This document shows positions 35,273 through 48,333 of a DNA stretch of 64,000 nucleotides, piece after piece. The DNA is from Podarcis melisellensis (Eukaryota), in assembly GCA_964234715.1 (NCBI GenBank), contig OZ174276.1; one strand, 5' to 3'. The position numbers and the translations under genes were made by a program. Every line of letters starts with the position of its first letter. Position 1 is the first letter of the stretch. The notes below the pieces were generated by a model, which was not told where the DNA came from, did not search any database, and worked only from the letters and a program-made list of their open reading frames with translations.

Positions 35273-36240
35273 CAGTGGTACCTCAGGTTACAAACAGTCT
35301 AAGTTAACGAACATTTTCGGTTACGACCATTTCAAACCCAGAAATGAGTGTTCTGGGTTGCAGGGTTTTTTTGGTATACGAACTGACATTCGGGGGTACC
35401 GCCACATCTCCCTGTCCTCCGAGACTTCTCTCTCCTTTCTCTATGAACCTGGGCAGCCCTGTGAGTTGCTGATTCTTTGGTGGCAGCAGTGGGGGGAAAG
35501 CGGTGAGCGGTGAGTCAGGCATGGAAGGCAGAGAAGGAGGGCTGAGAGCGGCAACCCAAACCTCCCGCCACTGCACAAAGGCACATTGTTCCACTTTGAT
35601 AGACAGCACGATGCCTCCCTTCCCATCAGAGCAGCCCCGATCCCATTCCTACTTGCGTGCAAGCAAGAGGGGCGGGGATCCCTCAGCTGGGAAGGGAGGC
35701 TTTGCGCTGCCTAACTGAGAGATCCCTGCCCCCTCCTGCTTGCACGCAAGTAGGAGTTGGGGTCAGGGCTGCTCTGATAGGCAGCGTGAAGCCTCCCTTC
35801 ACAGCTGAGAGATCCTTGCCCCGATCCTGCTTGCAGGCAGCCAGGTTGAATAGTTGTGGGGATCGGGGAAGGTGGAGGCAGCCCGGAAGCTGCATCTTAG
35901 AGTCCTTACACCACCTGAAGGCAGCCAGGCACTCCCCAGCAAACCAACTGGAAATGAATCAAAATCACAAGAAAACAAAAAATGACACTGACCTTGACCC
36001 TAACCCTAATTCTAATCCTTACCCTAACCCAGTCCTAAAATTAACCCTAACCCAGACATGGTCTTGTTAGATAGTAAAATTCATGTGAAATTGCTGTTTT
36101 AGCGATTGCTTTTCATCATCTGGAATGGATTAATCTGTTTTCCATTACTTTCTACGGAAAAGAATGCCTTGGTTTAAAACTGCTTTGGTTTAAGACCGGA
36201 CTTCCGGAACAGATTAAGTTCATAAACCAATGTACCACTG
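35273..36240. mobile_element. Tc1/mariner-type non-autonomous element, 968 bp
   Basis: TA|CAGTGGTACC...GTACCACTG|TA; internal hairpin and CCCTAA-like tract. Confidence 0.8.
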
Positions 36241-36619
36241 TATTTACATTGTGGGGGAGCATATACCAAGATTGCAATCACTACTTCTTCCCTGGGGCAG
36301 GGGCAAGGAGGAGATGGTGTGAATAATCTAATAAAAGGGAGGGTTTTTTGAAATGTGTATGAAGTAACCACACCCAAACTTGTGGACAGCAGGATTTAGA
36401 ATCAATCTGAAAGTGTCATGTTGAGGACAAGCACGAATGATTCCAGACTGAGAATAAATGGTCTAGAGAAAGTGAGGAACATTCTGAAGTGTGCGAATGT
36501 TATTTATTTACAGTACTGACAGCCCAGCTGATTCCAGTGGAATCTGATGCACAACATGTTTTATGGATTTAAGCAGATGAGACACATAAACAAGTGTAGA
36601 AAAAGCAAACCATACTAAC

Positions 36620-36718
36620 CTTGGGAGACACAACTTTAATTAACTCATTTAAAAAACGAAACTTCCCTACTTCGTTGTGAAATCTTTGCCCACAGTTCTT
36701 CATGCAAGCTTCCAGCAC
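36620..36718 (-). CDS. GGA3: GGA3 exon 4 (VHS)
   Basis: ttgcag|VLEACMKNCGQRFHNEVGKFRFLNELIKVVSPK|gttagt; 99 nt. Confidence 0.95.
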
Positions 36719-36964
36719 CTGCAATCAAGAAAAATGCACATATACACACAAGATAAATCTAGGTTTCAGGATGGACCTATCCGAATAGAGATCCCTAAAT
36801 TAGTCACAGGTTACCTATGAAACCTTCAAACATTACCTGTGCTTGGCATAAGGCAAGACTCCCCAGGAAACCAACCCAAGTCCCCTGGTGATTTTCTTCT
36901 GGTTACTTAAATATTGGACTGTGCACTTAAACAGAACCTGACTGCTTTTTACAGAAACATTGTA

Positions 36965-37214
36965 CAGTCATACCTCAGATGTCAAACAAAATCCATTCCA
37001 GAAGTCCGTTTGACTTCCAAAACGTTCGGAAACCAAGGTGCAGCTTCCAATTGGCTGCAGGAAGCTCTTGCAGCCAATCAGAAGCTGCAGAACCCATGTT
37101 GGACATTCGGGTTCCAATGATCCTTCACAAACCGGAACACTCACTTCTGGGTTTGCGGCGTTCGGGAGCCAAAACTTTCGACTCGTAAGGTTTTTTACTT
37201 CCGAGGTACAACTG
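36965..37214. mobile_element. Tc1/mariner-type MITE
   Basis: TA|CAGTCATACCTC...GAGGTACAACTG|TA. Confidence 0.8.
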
Positions 37215-37385
37215 TACAAGGAATATAATTAGAATTGTCATTGTGCTGGTTGGCCCTTACAACTGGATGTCATGTCTGCATAGGAGACTACCTGTGCAGA
37301 CCCCAACAGACACTGGTTGAAATTATGCTGTCAGAATACACAGACAGTGGGCAGAATTTTAAAAACAGAGTTAAAGAACACTTAC

Positions 37386-37461
37386 AGTCAAGGCCTGGAC
37401 TGCTTCCCATTCCTGTGGTGACTGGATTTTATGAGCCAGCAATCTCACGGCTATCTGTGGA
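37386..37461 (-). CDS. GGA3: GGA3 exon 3 (VHS)
   Basis: tttcag|T PQIAVRLLAHKIQSPQEWEAVQALT|gtaagt; 76 nt. Confidence 0.95.
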
Positions 37462-37961
37462 CTGAAATCATTCATTTTTTTACTTATTTATTTATTTACT
37501 TGCTTATTTAGTTAGTTAGTTAGTTAGTTGTGCTGTCTGTGTAGATGATGCTTTACAAAGAAGGAGAGGACAGAATGGTTCATACCTCTAGAAGATTACA
37601 ATCTAGAAATTGACACAAAGGAAACAACGAAGGCAGGGGTAGGAAACAGAGGCAGGGGTAAACAGGTGAAAAACTATGTGATTCAAATGACATAGGCTTC
37701 ACTTTTGCAGCTTAAATACATAAGCTGCATTCACACTTTCCAACATTTTATCTGCAAGCATACCCTGAAAAAAGCAAAAACCTTTAAAACTTCCAGATTT
37801 TAGAAGTGAAACAAAATTGTCTACATAAAATCTCAGCTGCCTGTCCCTATATAACACTTTCACATTAAATTAACACATTAAATTAAGCATCAAAGCACCC
37901 AAGGTTATTTAAAATTACTTCTACAAAACCTTGCAATGGGGTTTGAATTCTGGACACACAC

Positions 37962-38046
37962 CCTTCAAGTTCTTTGTTGATCTGATCGCAGAAGCCAATG
38001 ATGTACTCCCAGTCTTCTTGCCTATTCAGAGGATTGGTGGCTTTAT
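37962..38046 (-). CDS. GGA3: GGA3 exon 2 (VHS)
   Basis: caccag|AT KATNPLNRQEDWEYIIGFCDQINKELE GG|gtgtgt; 85 nt. Confidence 0.95.
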
Positions 38047-39397
38047 CTGGTGAATAGAAACACAAGCTTGTTAATCCAAAATGCACACAAAAGGCGTCTT
38101 GTTTCCTCAGGACAGGGTAGCGCTTGAGAATTAGTACACTCTGCCACCTTCTTCTCATTCACTCCGAGAAATTAAAACCTCTCCCGCTGAGAAACTGCAC
38201 ACTCCTTGACTTCAGCACACGTCCAATCAGTCAAAATTCGAGTATCAAATGCTACAAGTTATGAAACCGGCAGAAAAATAGTGTGAAGAACATATTACAA
38301 AGCCGAGTTTTAGAAAGTGAAGTAAACAGCCATGCATCGTTCTCCTATTTGCCATTTTGCTCCACGTTTTGCCAATTTATCACATAACGAACTGGCAAAT
38401 CCACATTCAGTTTTACTCCACTGAAACACGGACTGAGCAAGGAAGTCATAAAAAACCTAAAAGCATCTGACACAAACTGTAACATTCCAGTGATCAAAGG
38501 CGTAGTCTGTAACTGTAAACTTATCAAGGATGCAATCTAGGCAAAATGAGATACTTTTCTCCCACTGATTCCAATGGAATTTCAAGAGCATTGCACTTCA
38601 TACTAGGAAGAGTACATGGCAGTTCCGTCTAGAGCACATCCACACCTTCCATTGCCTATGGAAAGTTCTTTCCACAAAAAATAAAACGTTTCACCTGACA
38701 CCTGAGAGAAGAGAATTAAAGCAATGTTAGCTTCTGCATGTCTTTTTCTGCTTAGAAGGGTTTTTGAAGCAGGTTACCTCCTGAATGCCCTTTAAAGTAT
38801 TTTGCAGAGATCTCACCTATGAACATACCTCTGACATTTCAGTATGGGACATATTCAACACCTGGGACCTGAATGCTCACAGTGGTGTTCACATTTTCTG
38901 TCTTCAAAGAACCCTTTCCACATGAGCTCATCTGCCAAGAAACACCCGTATATCTGCTATGGCAGTTGCTCATGTTGCTGAGGTTTGGAGAGCATGTCAC
39001 ACACTCAGTTTGCATGGGGCACTGTTGCCTTGCCTGAATTGAGAATGCGGCCCAGAATAGTGGGTCCCCAACTCCTCCCAAAATCACCTGGAAACGAGTT
39101 CTGTCAGCAGACGCCCTGCACAACAACTTCTGTTCGAGCAGCAGGACTTACTCCCCTTCTCCTCTCCTCACATCCAAACTCCCTGAACTTGAGCCGGGGG
39201 TGAGTGTGGGGAGAACCCCGCCCCCCAAAAAACCAGTGTGCAGGGAATAGAGTAATTGTTCCATCCAGCAAGCTGAAACACTGTTGAAGTCTTCCCAGTG
39301 GGTTTTCTGCCTGTTGTTTAGGAATTGTAACGCACTGCGCATGTGCCGTCTCTTAGTTTATTCCCCTCTTTATGGCTACTTCCTTCCTTCCCATATA

Positions 39398-39639
39398 CAG
39401 TGGTACCTCGGGTTACATACGCTTCATGTTGCATACGCTTCAGGTTACAGACTCCGCTAACCCAGAAATAGTACCTCGGGTTAAGAACTTTGCTTCAGGA
39501 TGAGAACAGAAATAGTGCTCCGGCAGCGTGGCAGCACCAGGAGGCTCCATTAGCTAAAGTGGTGCTTCAGGTTAAGAACAGTTTCAGGTTAAGAACAGAC
39601 CTCCAGAATGAATTAAGTACTTAACCCGAGGTACCACTG
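39398..39639 (+). mobile_element. Tc1/mariner-type MITE (GGTTAAG-repeat family)
   Basis: TA|CAGTGGTACCTCGGGTTA...TAACCCGAGGTACCACTG|TA, perfect 18-bp TIR. Confidence 0.92.
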
Positions 39640-40740
39640 TATTGACTCTCCGCTCCTTTCAAGTGCCTTGTCAACCCCCCTCTCCCCACAAAAGCCAATG
39701 ACAGAGCCAAATAATTCTGGTTTTGCCCCCATTCTCCACCCTGCTATGTTCTACAAGGGCAACACTAAGACTAAGGAGGAGGAAGCTGACAGCTTGGGCC
39801 ACTTCTGTAAATAAGAAGGCAGGCAGGTGAGAGTTGGCCAAGGACATATTGATATGGGTGGGGTAGCGCCCCATTCTCCCTAATGGATCAGCCTCCACCG
39901 GTTTGTGCCCTTGCTTTGTGGTGGGTACTGTTGTAGTAAATAGTGTTGTATTCATCAAAGGCTTTCACGTTTCTCATTGGAAGCAAGAGCCACCATTTAT
40001 CACACTAAGCCCTGCTTTTCAGATGTTTTCCCCCTCCTTTCCCCCATTTTTGAAAGCAGCAGATTGCAGAACACGCAAGGTATCACGACAGATTTGCATT
40101 TCATGTTTCATCTGCTCCAGATAATTCAGCTCAGAGACTTTGCACTGTGCTACCTTCCACAGAGACACCCGGTTTAACCTAATTTCTATAGCAAAACTGA
40201 CCAGGGCAAAACGTGAGAGAAAGAAATACTGTTCATTCTAGGGCAGCGCAATATGTGTCGGCACAAAGGCAGCATACACAAGCCAAAGATGATTAACTAG
40301 TAAGAACAAAGAACAAGGAGTACAATGAACCAAATTGTTTGGGACATCTTCACTAGGCCTGCAAATGCAAGCGCAGAGGAGCGGGCTGACTTCATTCTTA
40401 CATGTTTTCTTTTATTGGGATCCCTATGGTCCACTAACATCTTTTACATTTACAAAGCAAGAGGGCACATTTGGGAACCCTTCACAGTCAAGGCTCTAAT
40501 CTGTGTGAAGGATTAATAAATAGTCTTACGAACACAAGTAGCACCTTGAGGGATCAGACCACAAACCCTAGGCTTTCTCTCCCACATGTACACAAAAAAG
40601 CAAGACCTCTGCAGGAAATTCTCTGTATAGTACAACTGTACCTTACGCGGGGGTTCAATTCCAGGGGTTCCGTGTGTATACGAAAATCATGTACTGTACA
40701 TCCAAAAACATTTGGGCCTCATGGCTGTTAGATGCCTATA

Positions 40741-40945
40741 CAGTGGTACCTCGGGTTAAGTACTTAATTTGTTCCGGAGGTCCGTTCTTAACCTGAAGCA
40801 CCACTTTAATAGGGCCTCCCACTGCCGCCGCGCCGCCAGAGCCCGATTTCTGTTCTTATCCTGAAGCAAAGTTCTTAACCCGAGGTACTATTTCTGGGTT
40901 AGCGGAGTTTGTAACCTGAAGTGTCTGTAACCCGAGGTACCACTG
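40741..40945 (-). mobile_element. Same MITE family, opposite orientation
   Basis: Perfect TIRs, TA TSD; reverse-complement of the 39398 copy with small deletions. Confidence 0.92.
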
Positions 40946-42068
40946 TATGTGCAAATATTGTAGGAATATAATGTTTTAACATTTGAGAAAAGAGAGTGCC
41001 AGATTATGACCTCACTTCCTTACTATAATACTCCCCAAATGAAAAAAGTTTTACACTGCCACAATCAAAATAATAAGTACACAGCAGGTTTCATCTCCAG
41101 AGACCGAACTTGGCATGTTCCATTCTAGGGCTCGAGCACCAGCAACCTAGAGGATGGTACTTCGTAATTAAGAAATAAATAATTCTACCACAGTGCAACC
41201 CCAAGACATTTGGTGTCAAAACATCTGGATCACATCTTGTAGCAGATCAACACAGCACTTCTCATAAAACTTATTCCCACTCCCCTAAACCGAAACATTG
41301 TATATTCCCTATAAACCAAGGGTGGCTATCCATTCAAACACTGAAACTTCAGGAAACAGGGAATCTTTGCTAGTAAGCAGCCTCTTATATTTCTATCCTC
41401 TGTAGATTTGTTACATTACACCCACATGCTCTTTATGTCCCCCCCCAACTCGGGAGTTCTGGAGGAACCTGTCTCCCAGTTTGCATGCCACATTTAGAGA
41501 CACTACCTAGCGCGGTGGAGATGGCTCAGCTACAGGAACAGCAGAGAATACAAAAGCAAAAGAAGATGGCTGTGGGGAGCAACTGAGTACTGTATTCCAT
41601 GTTCAACCATTGCTTTTTGACTAAAGACAGGAATGGGAGCTCAGGCAAAGACCATCCTATTATGTTACCTCCCAAATAAGAGGGGATAATTTGTTGCTGG
41701 GTCATCACCTGTCCAACTGCAACATCAGGACCAAAATATCAGGTTGCTGACATGGCTTTCTCACTGTGTTGACACTTTGAAGTCTCATTTGAAGGCAAAA
41801 ATATAAAATAAAATAAATCCATGGCATGGATGAATCCTCTCTGCTGTGACTGGGGAAAACATGAACCGCTTCCCAACTTTTTTTTGTAATTATTTCCTGT
41901 CTTTGTTCAGGACCTACGTCTTCACAGCGTCTCCCCAGAACTGTTCCCCGAGTATATTTATATTGCTTAGTTTCAAATGACCTTCCAGCTAAACTTTCAG
42001 CAGCCTGGAATCGGGAATTCTGCTCTGTCCTTTCACTTAAACATTTCCTTCATAAATATGGGGATATA

Positions 42069-42327
42069 CCGTATTTTTCGCTCTATAAGACGCACCAGAC
42101 CACAAGACGCACCTAGTTTTGGGAGGAGGAAAACAAGAAAAAGAATATTCTGAATCTCAGAAGCCAGAACAGCAAGAGGGATCGCTGCGCAGTGAAAGCA
42201 GCAATCCCTCTTGCTGTTCTGGCTTCTGGGATAGCTGCGCAGCCTGCATTCGCTCCATAAGACGCACGCACATTTCCCCTTAGTTTTGAGGAGGGGAAAA
42301 GTGAGTCTTATAGAGCAAAAAATACGG
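42069..42327. mobile_element. Tc1/mariner (Tc2/pogo-like) MITE with CCGTA ends
   Basis: TA|CCGTATTTTTCGCTCTATAAGAC...GTCTTATAGAGCAAAAAATACGG|TA; internal hairpin at about 42158-42228. Confidence 0.88.
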
Positions 42328-42839
42328 TATTCAGTGACTAACTGCCCATGGGGTTAATAAAAAGAAGAGGAGATGTGTCACTGCATATCCTTAATACATA
42401 CATAAATATCATTTTATTAAATTGGGCAGAATTGTTTTCGTAGCAGGAAAGTGATTCAGTAAATACTGAATGTACCACAAATGTATTCAGTAGCAGGAAA
42501 GTATTTATAATACAAATAAAGTCCTCAGCCTCAAGAATATCTATAACACTACCCTAATAATTAGGAATACGCTAGGTCTTTCACAATAAGTTTCAAAAAG
42601 GAAGAGCTACCTGCTCACTAGGGCACAGCCTGGTATCTTAACATATTCATGCTATACCATATAAATAAAATCAGGTAAAGCATTGACAGACCTCCAGCTC
42701 ACAGTACGGTCCCCTTTGTGCTGAACAAATGACTTTCCATGCCCAGTCTATAAGAAGTAGTTCAAAAGATATTGGTGATTTCACAGGCTCTTCCATAGAA
42801 TGACCTCTGTGATTCTATGATTATATTTACAATATATCT

Positions 42840-42975
42840 CATTTTTATCCGTTCCTCCAAAGAGCTCAGGGTGGCACACATGTTTCAGTGCTCCCCATTT
42901 TTTATTTTATCCTCACAACAACCCTGTGAGGGAGGTTAGGCTGAGAAACAGCGAGACTGAGGTCACCCAGTGAGA
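42840..42975 (-). mobile_element. CORE/MIR-like SINE fragment
   Basis: ATCCTCACAACAACCCTGTGAGG...GGTTAGGCTGAGA core; related pieces near 33120, 44460, 44880 and 60790. Confidence 0.6.
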
Positions 42976-45900
42976 TTGGTAACCTTAAAGGTAAAAAGAT
43001 AAATGGCAATACAGTTCATTTTTTATCTTAAATGGTCCCACTTCTGTTGGTAAAAAACAGAATATCCACTTTTGACCTGCAAAGAATTCTTAAGAGGGGT
43101 TCTTTGAAACTCAAGACTTCAGTTCTCATTCACCAGATAATGATCAAGCAAATGGCACTGCACTTCTGCCGTGCACCTCCTGTGACAGAGGTGGGGGGGA
43201 TGTGTGGCCCTTCATATGTTATTTGACTCCAACTTCCAGCATCCCTGACCTTTGGCCATGCAAGTTGGGGCCAATGGGAAGCAGAGTCCAATGACAAAAT
43301 ACCTCCAGGGGGTTGGACTAGATGACCCTAGTGTTCCCTTCCAAGTCCATGATTCTATAACTTCTGGAAGGAACCATGTTCCCCATCCCTGTTCTATGCC
43401 CCCCTGTCCAACACAGCAACATCACTTTAACAAAGGCGCATTGAAGAGGTCACCTGTAACAGCCAACCCTGAAGCAAAGTATGAAAGGGCTTCTGTGCAT
43501 TAGCGGAAGTCCTTGTGCAGGACTGATCCTGCAGGAATGTTCTTATGTCTTTTAACTTGAGGAACATTTGTTTCCTTCCACCCTCTTTATAATAAATTCC
43601 ATGATGTAACATAAAACATTAATTGAGGAATACTGTAATTTTGGTACAGACTGAAGAATATGTCAGAATACAGTTTACTTAAAGAGAGGAAATGGAAACA
43701 AGCAGAAAAAAATGAAAGAAGGGAAGAGAACTGCTCTTTATAGCGAAGGAACCAGTTACTTAGAAGAATGCACACATTTCACAACCTTTCTTTTAGAAAA
43801 AGGAAAAAGAAATGAATCACTGGTTAATAGGGCTAGACTTCAGGCTGTCTGTGTCCACTGCAATTGCAGCTCTGGGTTTCTGCTTAGATGTCTCGGTTTG
43901 AGTACACTGCTCATTCAAGTGCACATGTTGTTGTTTTTCTGGATCCATATTGGAGACGGAGCTTTTTTATTTGCAGGGGTCAAAAAACAAGACCTAGCAC
44001 CCAACTCCATGCATAAACAAGCTGGGGGGGGGATAACTTTCTTTGGTGCATATTTTTCCCTGGGGGAGCTTAGGAGCTGTAGAATTTGAAAGGAGGAAAC
44101 GACCAGGAAGTGAGTAAGATGGAAGAGTTCAGGCAGAGACAGGCACAGCTGCAAGGAGAAGCATCAGCTGAGTGGATGGAAAGAACACGTACAAAGGGGC
44201 TGGCTACATTTCTTTCAGTAAATGGCAATTCCCCCCCTCAAAAAAACCCCTAAATTGGGGGGGGGGAATCACCTGGGCACGTTCAGAAACAATGGAAATT
44301 GACAATAACAGCAATGTACTGCAAGAACTATTTTAGGAACTGGGAGATAGTAAAGAACCTTTACAGACAGAAATATATAGCATAGTCTTCAGGTACACAA
44401 GGCAGTCAAAGCTAGTGTGGTGCAGGGGCTGCTGAAATTCACTGAGTATCCTTTGGTCAGTCATTGTCTCTCAGCCTGACCTACCTCACAGGTTGCTGTA
44501 AGAAAAAAAGAGGAGAGAGGAGAATCACGTATGCAGCCCTGAGCCTCTTGAAAGGAAAGTGGGCTATAAAAGCAATACATGAATAAAAAGACACCTAGCT
44601 GACATAGCTTGTAACCAGAGCACATTACAACACACCCTGGATGCTACAAAAGGAATACATTAAGTGTCCCATTTACACACAGGAAATGGCTATGGCTGTA
44701 TAGGTAATTACCAGTTATGAAATATTTTAACGTTAGGGTGGAGAAGAAGTATTAGATAGAAGTGATACAGCCATAGACTGGGCTCCCACAAATGATCAGG
44801 GAGGGAACATTGCTAATGAATATAGCACATTTCCAATTTTCATTGAGAGTCACAAACATCTGAGTCATTCTTGCAACAGCCCTTTAAGGTAGTCAAGTGC
44901 TGTTATTCCCATATTATAGACACAGTGCTAAGTCTGAGAGATAATGGCTTGCCTAAAGAAACCTAGCTAAGTTCATAGCTGAGGTAAAATTTGAACTAGG
45001 CCCTACCAGGTTCATAGCTAGCAGTATACTGCTTGGGTTATGATTTCCTAAAAATGGAGTACCAACTTTATAAAGAAGCCTTGCAAAGGCAGAGGCAAGG
45101 TTGAACAGGCATGAGGAATCTGGATGGCCTTCTCAAAAGACCACAAAGCTGTCTAATAATATCAACAACATGTACACTGTATAAAGCGGTGCACAGACAG
45201 ACACAGAGAAGTAGATGGAACCTGGTGGAGTAAGGAAAGCAGAGAGCAACATATGGGTTTCCAATCCCTGAATCAAACAGGAGGCTCATTTAATGCCCAA
45301 TATTATGAAGTCAAGAGAACCTCACGTCATAAGCTATTCTATGGGCACAAGAGAGGGGTAGGGGAACCTACGGCCATTCAGACATTGCCGATCTATGGGC
45401 CCCAACATCCTTCACTTTTAGCTATGCTGCTTGAGGCCGCTGATGGGAACTGTGTGCCCAACAACATCTGGAAGCCCACAGGTTTCCCACTCCTGGCATA
45501 AAGCGGGCAATGGGAATTGGAAGCACTGGGCACAAATCTATAGCCAGGACGGACTAGGTGAGCAAAAAGGTTAGAGGCACAGATTTGGACAGAGGCAGGT
45601 GACAGCCACAGGCAGGGCGGACCAACACAGCCATGACCAGCAGGGGCTTCTTTGACCTCTAATAACTGTGTAGAAAACGAAATGTTGGCCGGACCAATAC
45701 GTCAAGAAAAGCTGCACCATCCTATTTCCCCTCTCCGATAGTTAGGGGCACAGAAGACGCCCTTTGCGTCTGGCCCTTCTGGTTTTAGCCCTACATCCTC
45801 TGCCCTAGGTGTCCCCCCCCCCAAAAAAAACCCCTACATCTCTGCCCCACCACCGCCCCCCTCTTTCCTTCTCCCCATCTACCTCCAGACCTTCCCTTTG

Positions 45901-46102
45901 GGGTGTCATTGCCTCTAAGGAGATCCAAGCATCCCTCACACCCCACCATTCCCCACACCCCGGGGCTCCGGGTGGGGCTGTCTCCTGCGCCCCACGGCTT
46001 TCTTTCCCGGCCCCGGGGGAGGAGAGGAGGGCCATGCTACCAGCGTCCGTCCCCCCCCACCCCCCTTGCTCGGCGGAAGGGGAGAGGACGCGGGTTACTC
46101 AC

Positions 46103-46142
46103 TCAGCCAGGACTCCAGGCTTTCCCCTTCCGCCTCCGCCAT
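46103..46142 (-). CDS. GGA3: GGA3 exon 1 (start codon)
   Basis: aacATGG MAEAEGESLESWL A|gtgagt; 40 nt in a CpG-rich region. Confidence 0.93.
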
Positions 46143-46931
46143 GTTGCCGGCCGGCCTGGAGACTCCGCCCCGCGCTCAGGCGACGCTACAGCCCGGCCGG
46201 GCCCGGCCCCTGCGGGGGAAGGAAAGGAGAGGATCAGCGCCTCCACCTCCTCCTGCAAGGGCTAAGGCTCAGGCTCTCGTTGTTATTTTACTGAGCAGGA
46301 GATCGGCTCGATTTAAAAACACCCATCAGCTTAATAAATCATTGCTATTGTTCAATCATCGTGACCCTTGTTGCTGTTTCCTCCCCGTTCCGACTTTTCG
46401 GGTCACCTCAAAAGAGCTTTCAAAAATGTGTGGGAACATTCCCCCTCCCCCAAAAATCTCCATGTCAGAACTCTCTTATTTCAAATGCAGTATAAAGAAT
46501 TTCCATTGCTCTGCAGAGCTGCAATATTCTGCAACAAGATGCAGCCTTTTAGGACAGCCCATCAATGGCACCGGAGCACAAAATTCCTCTTTCTCACGCC
46601 TGTCGCACTGCCTGCACAGTCTTCGTTTCTTTAGTCTAGCAATACGTTGAATTTAGCGGGGTCGGCATTGGTTTTGCACAGTGAACTATACAGCGAGATC
46701 AGTTTCTGAGTCTTTGCGCGAGGCAGGGGCAGCCTGTTTATGCCGCCTGAAGAAGAACCGAATAAAGCTTGCGCAACGTTAAGGAAATAACAACAGCGTG
46801 GCTTCCTGGCTGTCTTTTTCTTGCAAAAAGCTGCTATGCAAGAAGCCTGCCAGGCGTGCAAAGCAAAGCGACATTTTTTTCAGGCGGTAGCTTTGGACAG
46901 CCCTGGGTGGGGTCCTGGGGAGAGAAGCAAA
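46143..46931. promoter_or_regulatory. Bidirectional GGA3/MRPS7 promoter and 5'UTRs
   Basis: Divergent ATGs separated by 789 nt; CpG-rich flanks (~45950-46300 and ~46650-47070); GC box CTCCGCCCC at 46163-46171. Confidence 0.8.
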
Positions 46932-47008
46932 ATGGCTGCGTCCATGGTGGAGAAGCTCGGGGCAGCGAGGCAGCGGCTGTGCGGCTCCTGGAAGGTCTGG
47001 TTGCCCGG
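46932..47008 (+). CDS. MRPS7: MRPS7 exon 1 (mitochondrial targeting peptide)
   Basis: aaaATGG MAASMVEKLGAARQRLCGSWKVWLP GG|gtaaga; 77 nt. Confidence 0.88.
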
Positions 47009-48333
47009 GTAAGAGAAACGGGGGACGGACGCGGTGGGAGAGGCTCCGGGAGAGCGGCTGGGAGGATTTGGATCGATCTTGTGGAATGCAGATTGCTTGT
47101 ATCTGAGAACTGAGCTCGCACCCTGTTATCACTCCCTAGACTAGAGCATCCTGGGTTACCCTTGCTGCGCCTCCAATGAGTCGCAGTATTGGGGAGAGAT
47201 TTGTCTAACAAATATGTCTAGTTGAGAGAATCAACTGCAATACGGAGCGGCAGAATAGAACGGCAGATAGCATGCCCTTTAAAAGTACACCCGTGTTTAT
47301 GGTCCACGCCTCCTAGGAGAACAAGAAATCTCATTTGAAAGAAAAGCTTTATAGAAACCAAGAGAATATGTGCATGTATTGACACTCTATGCCCGTTTAA
47401 AATGTGGCTCTTTTTTTGGGGGGGGTGTTATTGGGTTGTTGTTTTTATTTTGATTATATATATATAGAGAGAGAGAGACGGAGAGAGAGAGAGAGAGTTT
47501 TTTATGTTTATATTTTCTGTGAACCACCCCGAGACCTCTGGGTATAGGGTGGTGTGGGTGTGGGTGTGTGTGTGTGTGTATATATATATAGGTCTTGTCT
47601 TTTATATAGCTCAGCTCTGTTAATTCACAATACTGTTGAGTTTTCATTGTGAAAACAGCCCTCCCAAAGTTGACTTCTGTATTTTCAATTGGCATGTTTA
47701 TGTGACTTGCTATCAGAAGAGTTGTTTGTGGTGGACCTGCCATGTCCCTCTTTAGGAAAGAAAGGGAATAATTTTGCATACTAATATGATAGATGTTGGG
47801 ATATGGGTGAGCACTGCAGGACTGGAGTATCTGGGGCACATTATTCAAGCCAACAACATTGACTAGCACAAACCTGAATCATAGAATTGTAGAGTGGGAA
47901 GGGAATTTCTCATTTTGTCAGGGCCTAGAATTCTGCTTAGCCCAAGATGCCACCAACGAACAAAACAAAAACAAAAAACTGTATAATTTCCTTAGTGTAA
48001 TACTCACTTAAGATATGTCAGATCAGTGTGAAATGTACCAATGAGAAATATCTTCCTCTTACTCCATACTAGCATTGTGACATGGAGTTTAATCTGTCAA
48101 AAACGTTCATAGAATGGGTTGAAAAAGCTGCTTGTAACTACATTCTAGCTATCCTGACAATGAATATGAAACTGAACTGTCTGATCCTATGTAGAAGCAG
48201 GTGTGTCTAAGCCCAATGGATTTGGGTTACAGAATTGGATATGGGAATAGGATTTGCATGCAGAATAGTTTCACTTCTTCAGATTGAAAATATTTGTGTA
48301 ACATTCTTTTTCTGCTTTTCATATCCTTTGTAG

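Larger units (their letters stand above)
18915..46142 (-). other. GGA3: GGA3 gene (17 coding exons, 746 aa; VHS-GAT-hinge-GAE clathrin adaptor)
   Basis: 17 exons total 2241 nt with consistent phases; begins MAEAEGESLESWLNKATNP, ends DQFPPVEQWGNL; synteny with NUP85/MRPS7 identifies the paralogue as GGA3. Confidence 0.96.

Noticed and set aside
45805-47211. Several 100-190 aa ORFs around the promoter
   Set aside because: Expected in GC-rich promoter DNA; only the short first exons of GGA3 and MRPS7 have homology and splice support.
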